DNA of 64,000 nt from an uncultured Chloroflexia bacterium (GCA_963748625.1 CAVVJT010000007.1:224001-288000), one strand, 5' to 3'. Shown: positions 8,144 to 18,321, counted from the stretch's first letter. Notes: generated by a model from the letters alone, not told the origin. A program made the numbers and translations.

Positions 8144-9319
8144 GTGATCACTGGTGTTCTTCGTATGCGAGGAGTCCGAGCGCTCGGAGTCCTGAGCATC
8201 GTTGCCGTAGTGGCGGCTGCCTGCGGAAGCAGCAGCGCGACCCCGGCCCCCGCGACCCCGGCCCCCGCCACCGCGGCTCCGGCGACCGCGGCTCCCGCGA
8301 CCGAGGCTCCGGCGACCGAGGCTCCGGCGACCGAGGCTCCTGCGACCGAGGCTCCTGCGGCCGGCGACTGGCCCGTCAATCCGTACGTCGACACCGGCGC
8401 GGTCGCGGGCAGCGGAGCCGGCACGAAGATCGGCTACATCTCGCTGGGCGAGCAGGTGCCCTTCGCGGTGCTCGTCTCGAACGGCATCAAGGAGCAGGCG
8501 GAGATCGCCGGCGCGGAGCTCGTCTTCTGCGATTCCAAGCTCGACACCCCGACGGCGCTCGCATGCGCACAGCAGTTCGCGGTCCAGGGCGTCCAGGGCG
8601 TCCTGAACTTCAACGTGGACCAGAAGGCTTCGCCCCAGATCTGCGACGCCTACAACAACGTCCCGACCATCGCGATCGACATCACCCAGCCGCCCTGCGA
8701 GGTCGCCTTCATGGGCGCGAACAACCATGAGGCCGGGCGCATCGCCGGCGCAGCCGTCGGGAAGTACGCCAAGGAGCAGTGGGACTGCGACTACACGGCC
8801 TACATCTCGCTGGAGTCCACCGGCGCCAAGGCCGCGAGCGACGCCCGGATGGGCGGCTACCGCGACGGTTTCAAGGAATACTGCCCGATCATCAACGAGA
8901 AGATCCAGCCCGACGTCGACCGCACGGACAAGGCGATCGGCACCATGGCTGACGTGTTCACGGCAACACCCGGCAACCGCCTGATCGTGGTCGGCATCAA
9001 CGAGGACGGCGTCATTGGCGCCCTCGCTGCGGCCAAGACCCTCGGCCGGGAGAAGGACGTCTTCGTCGGCGGCCAGGGCGCTGATGAGTTCGCGTGGAAG
9101 GACATCGCCTGCAATCCGCAGTACATCGCCTCGACGCTGTACTTCCCGGAGAACTACGGCAAGACGCTCATCCCCGCGATGCTCGACATCCTTGGCGGCA
9201 AGGCAGTCACGCCTGATGGCGCTGGCGGCACCGTTCCCCAGAACCTGTTCACCACGCACTCCGTCGTGAACAGTGAGAACATCCGAGACTTCTATCCCCA
9301 GATCGAGGCCTGCAGCTGA
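8144..9319 (+). CDS. Sugar ABC transporter substrate-binding lipoprotein (Peripla_BP_4-like)
   Basis: Lipobox VAAAC, Ala/Pro/Thr linker, FMGANN...AG and GINED motifs; AGGAGG RBS before GTG. Confidence 0.88.
   Translation: MITGVLRMRGVRALGVLSIVAVVAAACGSSSATPAPATPAPATAAPATAAPATEAPATEAPATEAPATEAPAAGDWPVNPYVDTGAVAGSGAGTKIGYISLGEQVPFAVLVSNGIKEQAEIAGAELVFCDSKLDTPTALACAQQFAVQGVQGVLNFNVDQKASPQICDAYNNVPTIAIDITQPPCEVAFMGANNHEAGRIAGAAVGKYAKEQWDCDYTAYISLESTGAKAASDARMGGYRDGFKEYCPIINEKIQPDVDRTDKAIGTMADVFTATPGNRLIVVGINEDGVIGALAAAKTLGREKDVFVGGQGADEFAWKDIACNPQYIASTLYFPENYGKTLIPAMLDILGGKAVTPDGAGGTVPQNLFTTHSVVNSENIRDFYPQIEACS
8236..8360 (+). repeat. 15-bp coding tandem repeat (APAT[PAE] linker, about 8 copies)
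   Basis: Repeated GCGACCGAGGCTCCG-like units. Confidence 0.85.
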
Positions 9320-9366
9320 CGCATCCAGGCCAGAGTTCGAGCGGATAGGCAACGCAAGGCGACGCT

Positions 9367-10857
9367 ATGACGTTCGAACTGCGCGCCCGTCAGATCCGGA
9401 AGTCCTTCGGTGGCGTCGAGGTTCTCCACGGTGTGGACCTCGACGCAACCGGCGGCTCCGTTCTCGCCCTGCTGGGTGAGAACGGAGCCGGCAAGTCGAC
9501 GCTCGTCAAGATCATCGCCGGCGACTACCAAGCCGATTCCGGCGAGATCCAGATCGAGGGCGCGAGCTACGGCGTGCTCACCCCACGCGAAGCCCGCGCC
9601 CTCGGCGTTGCCATCATCTTCCAGGAGTTCCAGGATGCGTCGACGCTGACGATCGCTGAGAACATCTCCCTGGGTCGAATCCCCAACAGCCGCGGTGTCG
9701 TGTCGTGGCGAGCAATGCGCGATCGCGCCCGGACCATCCTCGACCAGCTCGGCGTGGAGCTCGACGTGGATCGCCTGGTGGGCACCCTGCGCGTCGGCGA
9801 GCGCCAGATGGTCGAGATCGCCAGGTCCCTGTCGGGGTCGGCGCGACTGCTCATCCTCGACGAGCCGACTGCTGCGCTCTCCCACCACGAGGCTCAGACG
9901 CTGTTCGGCTTCATCCGGCGCTTGCGCGACCAGGGTGTCGCCATCATCTACATCACCCACCGCCTGGATGAGGTGACCGAGATCGCCGACCGGGTGCAGG
10001 TCCTGCGCGATGGCGCGACCTCACTGCTCGCGGACGTGAAGGACACCGACCGGTCGCGGATGATCGAAGCCATGATCGGACGACGCATGGCAGAGGTGGG
10101 GCGTCCGGAGGCGCCCACCCATACCATCGGCGAGGAAGCGGTGCTGCGCTGGACCGGCGCCGGTCTGGGCGACACGTTCGACGGTGTCGACGTCTCGGTC
10201 AAGCCAGGCGAGGTCGTGGCCCTCTTCGGAAAGCTGGGCTCGGGAGCCGCGGAGGTCGGTGAGTCGGCCTTCGGAATGCGGCACCTGGATCGGGGCACAC
10301 TCGAGGTCCAGGGCACGATAGCGACGTTCGATCGGCCATATGGCGCCATCGGAGCGGGCATCGGCTTCCTGCCGGCCGACCGCAAGGAGGGTGGCGCATT
10401 CGCCGTCCGGCCCGTGGCGGAGAACGTGGCGGTCGCAAGCTGGCCCGTTCTTTCCCGGTTCGGGATCATCCGTGACAGCACCGAAGCCGCTGCGTTCCGA
10501 CGGTGGCGCGATCGCCTGTCGATCCGCTCCCGCAATGACCCCAAGCAGGCCATGGGAACGCTGTCGGGCGGCAACCAGCAGAAGGTGCTGCTGGCGCGGT
10601 GGCTGGAGCGCAACTCGCGGGCGCTGGTGCTCATCGAACCCACCCGCGGCGTCGACGTCGGGGCCCGGGAAGACATCTATCGCGCGCTCCGCGATCTCGC
10701 CGCCCATGGGATGGCGATCCTCGCCGTGACATCCGACTATGAGGAAGCCGTGCAGCTGGCCGATCGTGCCTACGTCATGAGCAAGGGACGCGTGGCAATC
10801 GAGCTGACCGGACCCGAGATCAGCACGACTCGGCTGCTCGCGGCCGCAGGAGGGTAG
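9367..10857 (+). CDS. Sugar ABC transporter ATP-binding protein (two-domain, CUT2 type)
   Basis: [14 protein letters not shown] and LSGGNQQK motifs. Confidence 0.95.
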   Translation: MTFELRARQIRKSFGGVEVLHGVDLDATGGSVLALLGENGAGKSTLVKIIAGDYQADSGEIQIEGASYGVLTPREARALGVAIIFQEFQDASTLTIAENISLGRIPNSRGVVSWRAMRDRARTILDQLGVELDVDRLVGTLRVGERQMVEIARSLSGSARLLILDEPTAALSHHEAQTLFGFIRRLRDQGVAIIYITHRLDEVTEIADRVQVLRDGATSLLADVKDTDRSRMIEAMIGRRMAEVGRPEAPTHTIGEEAVLRWTGAGLGDTFDGVDVSVKPGEVVALFGKLGSGAAEVGESAFGMRHLDRGTLEVQGTIATFDRPYGAIGAGIGFLPADRKEGGAFAVRPVAENVAVASWPVLSRFGIIRDSTEAAAFRRWRDRLSIRSRNDPKQAMGTLSGGNQQKVLLARWLERNSRALVLIEPTRGVDVGAREDIYRALRDLAAHGMAILAVTSDYEEAVQLADRAYVMSKGRVAIELTGPEISTTRLLAAAGG

Positions 10858-10859
10858 GC

Positions 10860-11933
10860 ATGGCAGACGACAAGCCGTCCGGCGGGACGACACGAGCGGC
10901 CGCGGATCCGCTGGAGACTGGATCGGGCACCAACGAGGCCCTGGTCGCGGCGACCAAGAAGACGGCCGGCGCGCGTTCACGCGTGTCCTTGCCCGAGACC
11001 GCCGTGCTGTTCGCCGTGCTTGCCGTGCTCGTGATCTTCTTCTCGATCACGTCACAGTACTTCCTGAACACAGCGAACCTGATCAACATCCTCCAGAACG
11101 TGGCGCGCATCGGCATCGTGGCCTGCCCGGCGACCTTGCTGATGATCGGCGGCCAGTTCGACCTCTCGGTCGGCTCCGCTTCGGCCTTCGTGGCCATGGT
11201 GGCCGCCATCGCTGCCGCGACGTCAGGATCACCGATCACGCCGGGTCTGCCGCTGTGGGCGGCGCTTCTCGCAGGACTGATTGCCGCGTTCCTCGTCGGC
11301 ATCCTGAACGCGGTGGCCGTCACCTTCTTCCGCATCAACGCCCTTATCACCACGCTGGCCACCCTGGCCATTCTGCGCGGGCTGACCAAGGTTGCGAGTG
11401 ACGGACAGACGGTCCGCCTCGACGAGTTCACCTGGCTCGGCACAAGCCGCGTCCTGGGGCTGCCGATCCCGGTCTACATCTTCGCCGCCGTTGTCGTGGT
11501 GTTCTTCTTCCTCCTTCGGTACACGACGTACGGACGCTCGATGTATGCCATCGGCGCCAGTCCCACTGCGGCTCGACTGGCCGGCATCCGGACGGACCGG
11601 GCCATCTTCATCGCGTTCATCCTGTCGGCGGCCATGGCCGGACTCTCCGGGTTGATCCTCGTGTCCCAGGTCGGGAGCGCCTCGCCCAACGCCGGCCTCG
11701 GCCTCGAGCTCTCCGTTGTCACGGCGGTCGTCCTGGGTGGCGCCAGCCTGGCCGGTGGCCGTGGATCGATCGTGGGCACGACGCTGGCCGTGCTCATCAT
11801 CGGCGTGCTTGGCAACGGCCTCATCCAGTTGGCAGTCCCTTCCTACTGGATCGATGTCGCGGGCGGTGTCCTGCTCCTCGTGGCAGTGGGCTTCGACCAG
11901 GTGCGGGTGCGGTTCTCGCGAGCGACCAACTAG
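10860..11933 (+). CDS. Sugar ABC transporter permease (RbsC-like)
   Basis: FDLSVGS, YAIGAS..AARLAGI and AVVLGGASLAGGRG motifs. Confidence 0.95.
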   Translation: MADDKPSGGTTRAAADPLETGSGTNEALVAATKKTAGARSRVSLPETAVLFAVLAVLVIFFSITSQYFLNTANLINILQNVARIGIVACPATLLMIGGQFDLSVGSASAFVAMVAAIAAATSGSPITPGLPLWAALLAGLIAAFLVGILNAVAVTFFRINALITTLATLAILRGLTKVASDGQTVRLDEFTWLGTSRVLGLPIPVYIFAAVVVVFFFLLRYTTYGRSMYAIGASPTAARLAGIRTDRAIFIAFILSAAMAGLSGLILVSQVGSASPNAGLGLELSVVTAVVLGGASLAGGRGSIVGTTLAVLIIGVLGNGLIQLAVPSYWIDVAGGVLLLVAVGFDQVRVRFSRATN

Positions 11934-11976
11934 GATCGGTCCCGGGCATCGCACGCCCGGGGTGCTGGGTGATGCA

Positions 11977-13083
11977 GTGACCGACGACGGCATCAGGCCG
12001 GCCCTGCCGGGCCGCGGCACAGACGGTCGGCTCCGGCTCGGCGTGATCGGCGCCGGCGCCTGGGCCGTCGCGGCGCACATCCCGGGGTTCCTCCACCGGC
12101 CCGAGGTGGAACCGTGGATCGTCAACCGTCGCGACCCGGCGATCCTGGAGGTCATCCGCGACCGCTTCGGTTTCGCGCACGCGGTGACGGACTGGCGGGA
12201 GGTCATCGCCGCCCGCCCGGACATCGTCGCATTGACCGGGCCGCTCGCGTTACGCGCCCAGCAGGCCCGGGCCGCGATCGAGGCGGGCATCCACGTGCTT
12301 GCGGAGAAGCCGTTCACCCTCGACCCCGACGACGCCTGGGCGATCGACGGGCTGGCGCGCGAGCGGGGCGTTCACGTCGTCTTGTGCTACGCGTGGAACG
12401 AGATGGGGATCAGCGAACATGCGCGACGCCTCGTGCACGGGCCGGACGGGATCGGCAAGGTCGAGCACGTCTCGGTGGAGATGGCGACGATCGTCCGCGA
12501 CCTCCTCACCGCTGGAACCACCTACATCGGGGATCCCGACGTCCCGCTCCCGCGGGCTGAGACGTGGTCTGAGCCGGCCGTCTCCGGTGGCGGCTACGGC
12601 CAGGGCCAGCTGACGCATGCGCTCGGGCTGGTCATGCGGCTCCTGCCCGACGCGCGAGCGCGACGGATCGCGGCACTGACCGCGGGGGCCGGCGCAAAGG
12701 TCGACCTGCACGATGCGATCGTGATCGAGTTCGAGGACGGCTCGATTGGATCCGTCGGGGGCGCGTCACTCCCGCTCGGGACGTTCGGCAACCAGCACCA
12801 GCTGACGATTCGCGTCACGGGTGAGCGCGGACAGGTCGTGCTCGACATGGCCGCGCCCCGGGTCGCCCGCTCGATGGGCAACGACGACACCTCCGTGGAG
12901 CTTGCCGAGGATGACGTCCTCTGGTCCTTCGACCGCGTCACCGACCGGATCGTCGACCTTGTCCTCGGGCGCACGGACATCAACCCGTCGCCCGCGTCGC
13001 TTGGCGCCCGCGTCGTGGAGATCCTCGACGGGATGTACCGGAGTGCGGCGTCGGGTCGCTTCGAGCTGATCGACCGCGCCTGA
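11977..13083 (+). CDS. Gfo/Idh/MocA oxidoreductase (paralog of 20256-21323)
   Basis: GVIGAGAW, HVLAEKP and SGGGYGQGQLTH motifs; start codon approximate. Confidence 0.88.
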   Translation: MTDDGIRPALPGRGTDGRLRLGVIGAGAWAVAAHIPGFLHRPEVEPWIVNRRDPAILEVIRDRFGFAHAVTDWREVIAARPDIVALTGPLALRAQQARAAIEAGIHVLAEKPFTLDPDDAWAIDGLARERGVHVVLCYAWNEMGISEHARRLVHGPDGIGKVEHVSVEMATIVRDLLTAGTTYIGDPDVPLPRAETWSEPAVSGGGYGQGQLTHALGLVMRLLPDARARRIAALTAGAGAKVDLHDAIVIEFEDGSIGSVGGASLPLGTFGNQHQLTIRVTGERGQVVLDMAAPRVARSMGNDDTSVELAEDDVLWSFDRVTDRIVDLVLGRTDINPSPASLGARVVEILDGMYRSAASGRFELIDRA

Positions 13084-13135
13084 TCCCCTGCCGGGCCGGC
13101 CCCACCCGGCTGTCCCTACCGGGCCGTCCCCGGTA

Positions 13136-14314
13136 TCAGCCCGGCGTGATGCCGCGCGGTGGCTCCGTCGCAAGCGGCTCGATCGGCACGCGCTCGCCGG
13201 CCCGGAGTACGGCGACCGGGACCAGGCACCGGTCGGCCTCCCGCGCGATCCCGTGCGAGTCGACCAGGCGCGTCCGACCCTCCTGCAGCAGGAGGACCGT
13301 CACGTCCGCCTCCGCGCCCACCGCGAGGCGCCCCAGCCCGGCGCCGGCGGTTCCGAGCGCCGCCGCCGGCGCGACGGTGGCCATCTCGATCACCTCGGCC
13401 AGCGGGATCCCGAGGAGCAGGAGCTTCGAGAGCGTCGTCGCGAGATCATGGACGGGGCCCGCCACGTTGAAGCGGTGGAGGTCCGAGCTGATCGTGTCAG
13501 GCTGGAAACCGTCGGCGAGGGCCGCCTCGGCGACCTTCCAGGTGAAGCTTCCGGCACCGTGTCCCACGTCGAACATGACGCCACGTGCTCTTGCCTCGAG
13601 CGCGCCGGGCACGGCCCGACCGTCGTCCGTCACGAGGGCTCCCGGCTGCCAGCCGGTGTACGCGTGCGTGATGATGTCGCCCGGTCGAAGCCGCGCGAGC
13701 ACCTCCTCGATGTCGAATGCCGTCCCGCCGATGTGCGCCATCACCGGCAGACCGGTGGCCCGTCCCGCCTCGAGGGCACGCTCGAGGCCCGCGAGCCCGT
13801 TGGGGCCGGCGAGCATCTGGGAGAGCCGGACCTTGAATCCGACGATGACGTCAGGGTTCGCCAGGGCGACCGCTGCCGCGCGCTCCGGATCCGCGAACCG
13901 CAGGTCGTGCAACTCGCCGAAGAACGGGTCGATCTGGCCGGTGAGGGAGATATTGAGATACGCGAGCACCCGGCCCCGGGACGGCTCGACCACCCACCGG
14001 CGAAACCCCGGAAACGTGTTCGCCCCGGAGGATCCCGCATCCACAACCGTCGTCACGCCGCGCCCGAGGCAGGTGGGGTCGGCCTCGACGGAAAGGTCGG
14101 CGACGCCCGGGTACACGTGGGCGTGGAGATCCACGAGCCCGGGCACGACGAGCGTGCCCGTGACGTCGAGGACGTCGGCGGCATCCAGGCCCGAGAGGTG
14201 CGGCTCAATCGCTGCGATGCGACCGCTCGCGATCCCGACATCACACCGGTCGTGCAGCCCGCTCGCCGGATCGATGACGGTGCCGCCGGAGAGGACCAGA
14301 TCGTAGGTTGTCAT
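13136..14314 (-). CDS. Amidohydrolase/deacetylase family metallohydrolase (dihydroorotase-like subgroup)
   Basis: PGLVDLHAH, DAGS, K in GFKVR, MAHIG, TH, DVGHG and ISSDLH motifs. Confidence 0.88.
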   Translation of the reverse strand: MTTYDLVLSGGTVIDPASGLHDRCDVGIASGRIAAIEPHLSGLDAADVLDVTGTLVVPGLVDLHAHVYPGVADLSVEADPTCLGRGVTTVVDAGSSGANTFPGFRRWVVEPSRGRVLAYLNISLTGQIDPFFGELHDLRFADPERAAAVALANPDVIVGFKVRLSQMLAGPNGLAGLERALEAGRATGLPVMAHIGGTAFDIEEVLARLRPGDIITHAYTGWQPGALVTDDGRAVPGALEARARGVMFDVGHGAGSFTWKVAEAALADGFQPDTISSDLHRFNVAGPVHDLATTLSKLLLLGIPLAEVIEMATVAPAAALGTAGAGLGRLAVGAEADVTVLLLQEGRTRLVDSHGIAREADRCLVPVAVLRAGERVPIEPLATEPPRGITPG

Positions 14315-16203
14315 GCGGGCTGCACCTCGAGGAGGCACTCGGCCAGCTCGCCCCGTGGCTGGCCGTCGAGTGTGATGTCGACGGTGATCACGGTACGGCC
14401 GGTGGCAGCATCGCCGGGCACGCGGATGTCGAACTCGATCCGGACCTCGGCACCGGGCGGCACGGTCGCCGTGGCCACGGCCGGCGTCGCCGACCAGCCC
14501 GGTGGCAGGCGAAGGCGGGCGCTCGCTGGCCGCCCGACCGCGGCGTGGTTGCGGATGATCACGCGCGTCCGCACCACGTCCCCGGGCGAGACGGTCGCCC
14601 GGTAGGGGTCGAAGCGCGCCACGTATGGATCGAGCGCCTCGTTCTCGAGCCCGGGAACGGACGTGAGCCGGGAGAAGACGAGCTCGAGCTCCCGCGCCCA
14701 GGCGACGAAGTCATCGAGATCAGCACGGGTCACCTCCATGGCTCCGGTGTGCCCCGAGAGGAGGACCTGGGGTTCGTGCTCGATGAGCCGCTCGACACCA
14801 ACCCTGATCGAGTCGAGGCGAAGGACGTTCCGGTAGATCGGCGCGGCAGCCCGAAGGGGGCTCAGTGAGCCGGCCAGGAGGTTGTCACCCGTGTAGGCGA
14901 CGCGCACGCCGTCGATCGTCCCGGCCAGGCCAAGGGCGAACTCGGTGTGGCCCGGCATGTGGAAGACCTCGAGCTGCGCGTGCGCATGGTCCACGGTGTC
15001 CCCGTCCGCGAGGACCCGGTCGACGCGGATCGGCTCCGCCAGCAGACAGGGCAGGTCGTACCGCCAGGGCTCGGCGACGATGCCGGCGAACGTGGAGTGG
15101 ACCCACGCCTCGGTGCCGTGCGCCCGCTGGAGCCACGGGACACCGGCGAGATGATCATCGTGGTAGTGGCTCGGCACCGTCGCGATGGCGCGCTTCAGCC
15201 CCGCCCCGGCACGGAGGTCATCGAGCGTGTGGGCAACGAACCGCTGGTCTGCATAGAAGTGGTCCCAAGACGGGAAGCCATAGTCGAGGATGATCGCATC
15301 GCCCGCGTCGTCGATGAGGGCATAGGTGTTCGCCACGCTGTGGCTGTTCACCCAGACATGGGGAAGGACCCGGGTGAGCGGCTGGTCGACGCTGGACGGC
15401 CACGTCAGCCACACGCGGTTGCGGCGGACCTCGGCAAGCAGCGCCGCGAGCTGGCGGAGGTTCGCTGCGAGCGCCTCGAGTGCCGCCAGCCCGTCGGTGA
15501 TCGGGCGACCGTGCGACGGCAGCAGCGTGCGTGGTCCGCGGCGCCCGAGCGCCAGGGTCGAGTGGAGCGCCGCACCGACCGCGTCCGGCATCCCGTACTG
15601 CCACTGGAGGTCATGGATCGTGTGAACGGTGCCCACGCCGGCGATGAGGTCGCCGGTGAACGCGACCGCGGCTCCGTCGATGGTCGCAACGAGGCTGATC
15701 GAGCCCTTGGTGTGGCCGGGTGTCGGGAGCACCTCGAATGTGCCGCCGGCCCACGAGACCAGCTCGTGATCACGGAGGCCCCGGGCGACCGGGACGGGGG
15801 TGGCACGCGTGAAGCCGGTGCTCGACGCGTCATAGCTGTCGTAGGTCCGCCGCAGCTGCCAGAAGGCATCCGTCGCGTCGAACAGGCCCCGCTCCCGCTC
15901 CGGCACCCAGATGGGGATGCCGAGCGCTGCCGCCCGGCCGTCGCCGCCGCACTGGTCGCGGTGATGATGCGTGTGCGCGATCGCGACGATCTCGCGGACC
16001 CCGGTCTCCTCGAGGACGTCGAGGATCCCGCCGGACCCGAAGTCGACGAGGAGTCCCCGCTCCCCGGCGGCCCACAGGTACACATCACAGGTGTCGCGAT
16101 ACCACCACAGGCTCGGCGAGAGTCGGACGAGCCTGCCGACCGGCTCCCCACCCGACGGCGGACTCCCCGGTCCGCTGCCGTCGCGGGAGGGCGAGTGGCT
16201 CAC
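14311..16203 (-). CDS. Tandem metallo-beta-lactamase-fold hydrolase with a C-terminal Ig-like domain
   Basis: THHHRDQ, PGHT, FTGD and PSHG, then SHYHDDH, PGHT, YTGD and SGH; C-terminal LPPGW beta domain. Confidence 0.85.
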   Translation of the reverse strand: MSHSPSRDGSGPGSPPSGGEPVGRLVRLSPSLWWYRDTCDVYLWAAGERGLLVDFGSGGILDVLEETGVREIVAIAHTHHHRDQCGGDGRAAALGIPIWVPERERGLFDATDAFWQLRRTYDSYDASSTGFTRATPVPVARGLRDHELVSWAGGTFEVLPTPGHTKGSISLVATIDGAAVAFTGDLIAGVGTVHTIHDLQWQYGMPDAVGAALHSTLALGRRGPRTLLPSHGRPITDGLAALEALAANLRQLAALLAEVRRNRVWLTWPSSVDQPLTRVLPHVWVNSHSVANTYALIDDAGDAIILDYGFPSWDHFYADQRFVAHTLDDLRAGAGLKRAIATVPSHYHDDHLAGVPWLQRAHGTEAWVHSTFAGIVAEPWRYDLPCLLAEPIRVDRVLADGDTVDHAHAQLEVFHMPGHTEFALGLAGTIDGVRVAYTGDNLLAGSLSPLRAAAPIYRNVLRLDSIRVGVERLIEHEPQVLLSGHTGAMEVTRADLDDFVAWARELELVFSRLTSVPGLENEALDPYVARFDPYRATVSPGDVVRTRVIIRNHAAVGRPASARLRLPPGWSATPAVATATVPPGAEVRIEFDIRVPGDAATGRTVITVDITLDGQPRGELAECLLEVQPA

Positions 16204-16304
16204 GGTGCGCGCGTCCTCACGCCGGGCTGTGGAGGAGCCCGGTGCGGCCGCCGGGTGACCCGGTCCAGCCGGTCCCGATGTCCGCCGTCATCACGAGGAC
16301 TACC

Positions 16305-17015
16305 TCAGTCGATCAGGAAGCCGCCATTGATGTCGGTGACCTCGCCGGTGATATACCCGGCGTGCTCCGAGCACAGGAACGCGACGAGCGCGGCGACCTC
16401 GTCGGTGGTCCCGAAGCGGCCGACGGGGATCCGCGTCACGAGATCGCGGGTCGCGGCGATCATCTCGGTGTCGATGAGTGCGGGCGCGAGGGCATTCGAG
16501 GTGATCCCGAACTTCGCGTACTCGTTGGCGATGGACTTCATCATCGTCATGAGGGCGCCCTTCGACGCCGCGTAGGCGGCGATCGATCGCGCGCCACCGG
16601 CCTTGCCGGCAGACGACCCGATCCCCAGCAGCCGTCCGTACCCCTGCTCGCGCATGCCCGGGAGTGCCCGCCGCGCGGCCAGGAACGCCCCCGTGAGGTT
16701 GATCGCCAGCGTCCTGTTCCAGAGCTCGAGCGTGGTCTCCTCGAACGGGACGATCGGGTAGATGCCCGCGTTGAGTACCAGCACCGAGACGGTGCCCAGC
16801 GTCTCCTCCACCTGCGTGAAGGCGGCGTCAATGGCGGTTTCGCTGCTCACGTCGCACGCGATCCCGAGGATCCCCGGGTGGTCGGGAGCCGCGAGGTCCA
16901 GGGCCGCCACGCGGGCACCGTTGGCGGCAAGCGTCTCCACGATCGCCTTGCCGATCCCACGCTGCGCGCCCGTCACCACCGCCACCCGACCGTCCAGGCC
17001 GTCGACCCTGATCAT
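16305..17015 (-). CDS. SDR family oxidoreductase (FabG-like)
   Basis: TGAQRGIG, NAG and YAASK motifs. Confidence 0.92.
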   Translation of the reverse strand: MIRVDGLDGRVAVVTGAQRGIGKAIVETLAANGARVAALDLAAPDHPGILGIACDVSSETAIDAAFTQVEETLGTVSVLVLNAGIYPIVPFEETTLELWNRTLAINLTGAFLAARRALPGMREQGYGRLLGIGSSAGKAGGARSIAAYAASKGALMTMMKSIANEYAKFGITSNALAPALIDTEMIAATRDLVTRIPVGRFGTTDEVAALVAFLCSEHAGYITGEVTDINGGFLID

Positions 17016-17047
17016 CGCCGTCTCCCTGGCAAGCCCGGAGCACCGGG

Positions 17048-17063
17048 CTGGTTACGTTTCCAG
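17048..17063. promoter_or_regulatory. LacI-type operator
   Basis: CTGGTTACGTTTCCAG, downstream of a minus-strand extended -10 TGGTAGCGT. Confidence 0.75.
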
Positions 17064-17143
17064 TGCCACGCTACCACACGGCCTCGCCGGGGGCCACTCG
17101 GACTCGTGGGAACCCATGGAGGTCGGAGCCGCCAGCCTGGGGG

Positions 17144-17171
17144 TTGACGCACTGCCAGATTGTCCTACAGT
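17144..17171 (+). promoter_or_regulatory. Sigma70-type promoter overlapped by a motif B operator
   Basis: TTGACG-16bp-TACAGT; TGCCAGA-TTG-TCCTACA at 17153-17169. Confidence 0.72.
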
Positions 17172-17257
17172 CAGCGGAGTAGCGTTGGCGCGGCCCGCCA
17201 CAGGCCATCGGCGCCTTCGCGGAGTCATCCGCCCTCGGGACAATCTGCGAGTCCACC

Positions 17258-18088
17258 ATGCTCATCATTGACGCTCACGTCCACGTCTACTCGCCTGACG
17301 AGGCGCGCTACCCACCCAAGCCGGATGCCCGGCGGCCGCCCATGGGAGCTGGTTCGGTCGAGCAGCTCGATCGCCTGTGCCTCGAGAACGGCGTCTCCCG
17401 CGTCGCGCACATCAATGCCCTGAGCTTCTACGGCTACGACAACCGGTTCCTTCTCGACCTCACGGCGCTGCGCGACGGGCGCATGGCGGCCATCTGCACG
17501 CTGGATGGTGAGGATCCCGACAGCCCGGCTCAACTTGCGTTGCTTGCCCGCGCCGGCGGCGTCCGGGGCATCCGGATGGTGCCCCCCGCCCCCGGGGGAC
17601 TCCAGCGGCCTGGCGTCCGTGCCCTGTGGCGGGCGGCTGCGGACCTCGGGCTCGTGGTGAACGTCGTCGTGGGCCGGGAGCAGGCCGGGGCCCTCGCTGC
17701 CCTGCTCGTCGAATTCCCCGACACGCCCACCGTCATCGAGCACGCGCTCATGATCCAGGCCACCACGGATCGAGCGGCTACCCTGCGGGATCTGCAGCAG
17801 CTGTCCCGCTTCCCGAACGCGGTTGCGGAGCTGGTGGACCTGCCGCTGCTGAGCACTGGCCCGTTCCCGTTCGATGACGCGTTCCCGACCTGCCTCGCGA
17901 TCATCGAGTCGTTCGGACCCGAGCGCTGCGTGTGGGGAAGCAGCTACCCCGCAGAGCTCTGGATGCCGAACACGACGTACCGGGAGAGCCTGGACGCGAT
18001 ACGCGTGGAGCTCCCGATCGACGACGGAGCGCGCGCCGCGATCCTCGGGATGACAGCCGATCGCCTCTGGTTCAGCCCGTCCCACTGA
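17258..18088 (+). CDS. Amidohydrolase_2 family protein (sugar lactonase-like)
   Basis: IIDAHVH, GYDN, VIEH and FGPERCVWGSSYP motifs. Confidence 0.85.
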   Translation: MLIIDAHVHVYSPDEARYPPKPDARRPPMGAGSVEQLDRLCLENGVSRVAHINALSFYGYDNRFLLDLTALRDGRMAAICTLDGEDPDSPAQLALLARAGGVRGIRMVPPAPGGLQRPGVRALWRAAADLGLVVNVVVGREQAGALAALLVEFPDTPTVIEHALMIQATTDRAATLRDLQQLSRFPNAVAELVDLPLLSTGPFPFDDAFPTCLAIIESFGPERCVWGSSYPAELWMPNTTYRESLDAIRVELPIDDGARAAILGMTADRLWFSPSH

Positions 18089-18211
18089 CGGGCGCTGTCC
18101 CGGGCGCTGTCCCGAGCGCCGTCACCGGCCCGGTTGGACGCGTCGCGCCGGCCCACCTTCGGGTCGCGTGGATCGCCGTCGCCGCGACGATCTCGGCGCC
18201 CAGGCGTTCGA

Positions 18212-18312
18212 GGCCGCACCTCGGGCGCGGGGCCGCACCTCGGGCGCGGGGCCGCACCTCGGGCGCGGGGCCGCACCTCACCCACGGGGCCGCACCTCAC
18301 CCACGGGGCCGC
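18212..18312. repeat. Intergenic 19-bp VNTR (5 units plus a partial unit)
   Basis: GGCCGCACCTCGGGCGCGG x3, then GGCCGCACCTCACCCACGG x2. Confidence 0.9.
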
Positions 18313-18321
18313 CCGTGTCGA

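Noticed and set aside
14311-16203. Beta-lactam resistance gene
   Set aside because: It has the MBL fold only, with no signal peptide, a tandem architecture and a catabolic context.
18212-18312. Possible CRISPR array
   Set aside because: The period is 19 bp, the variable parts are only 6 bp and are themselves repeated, and there are no cas genes.
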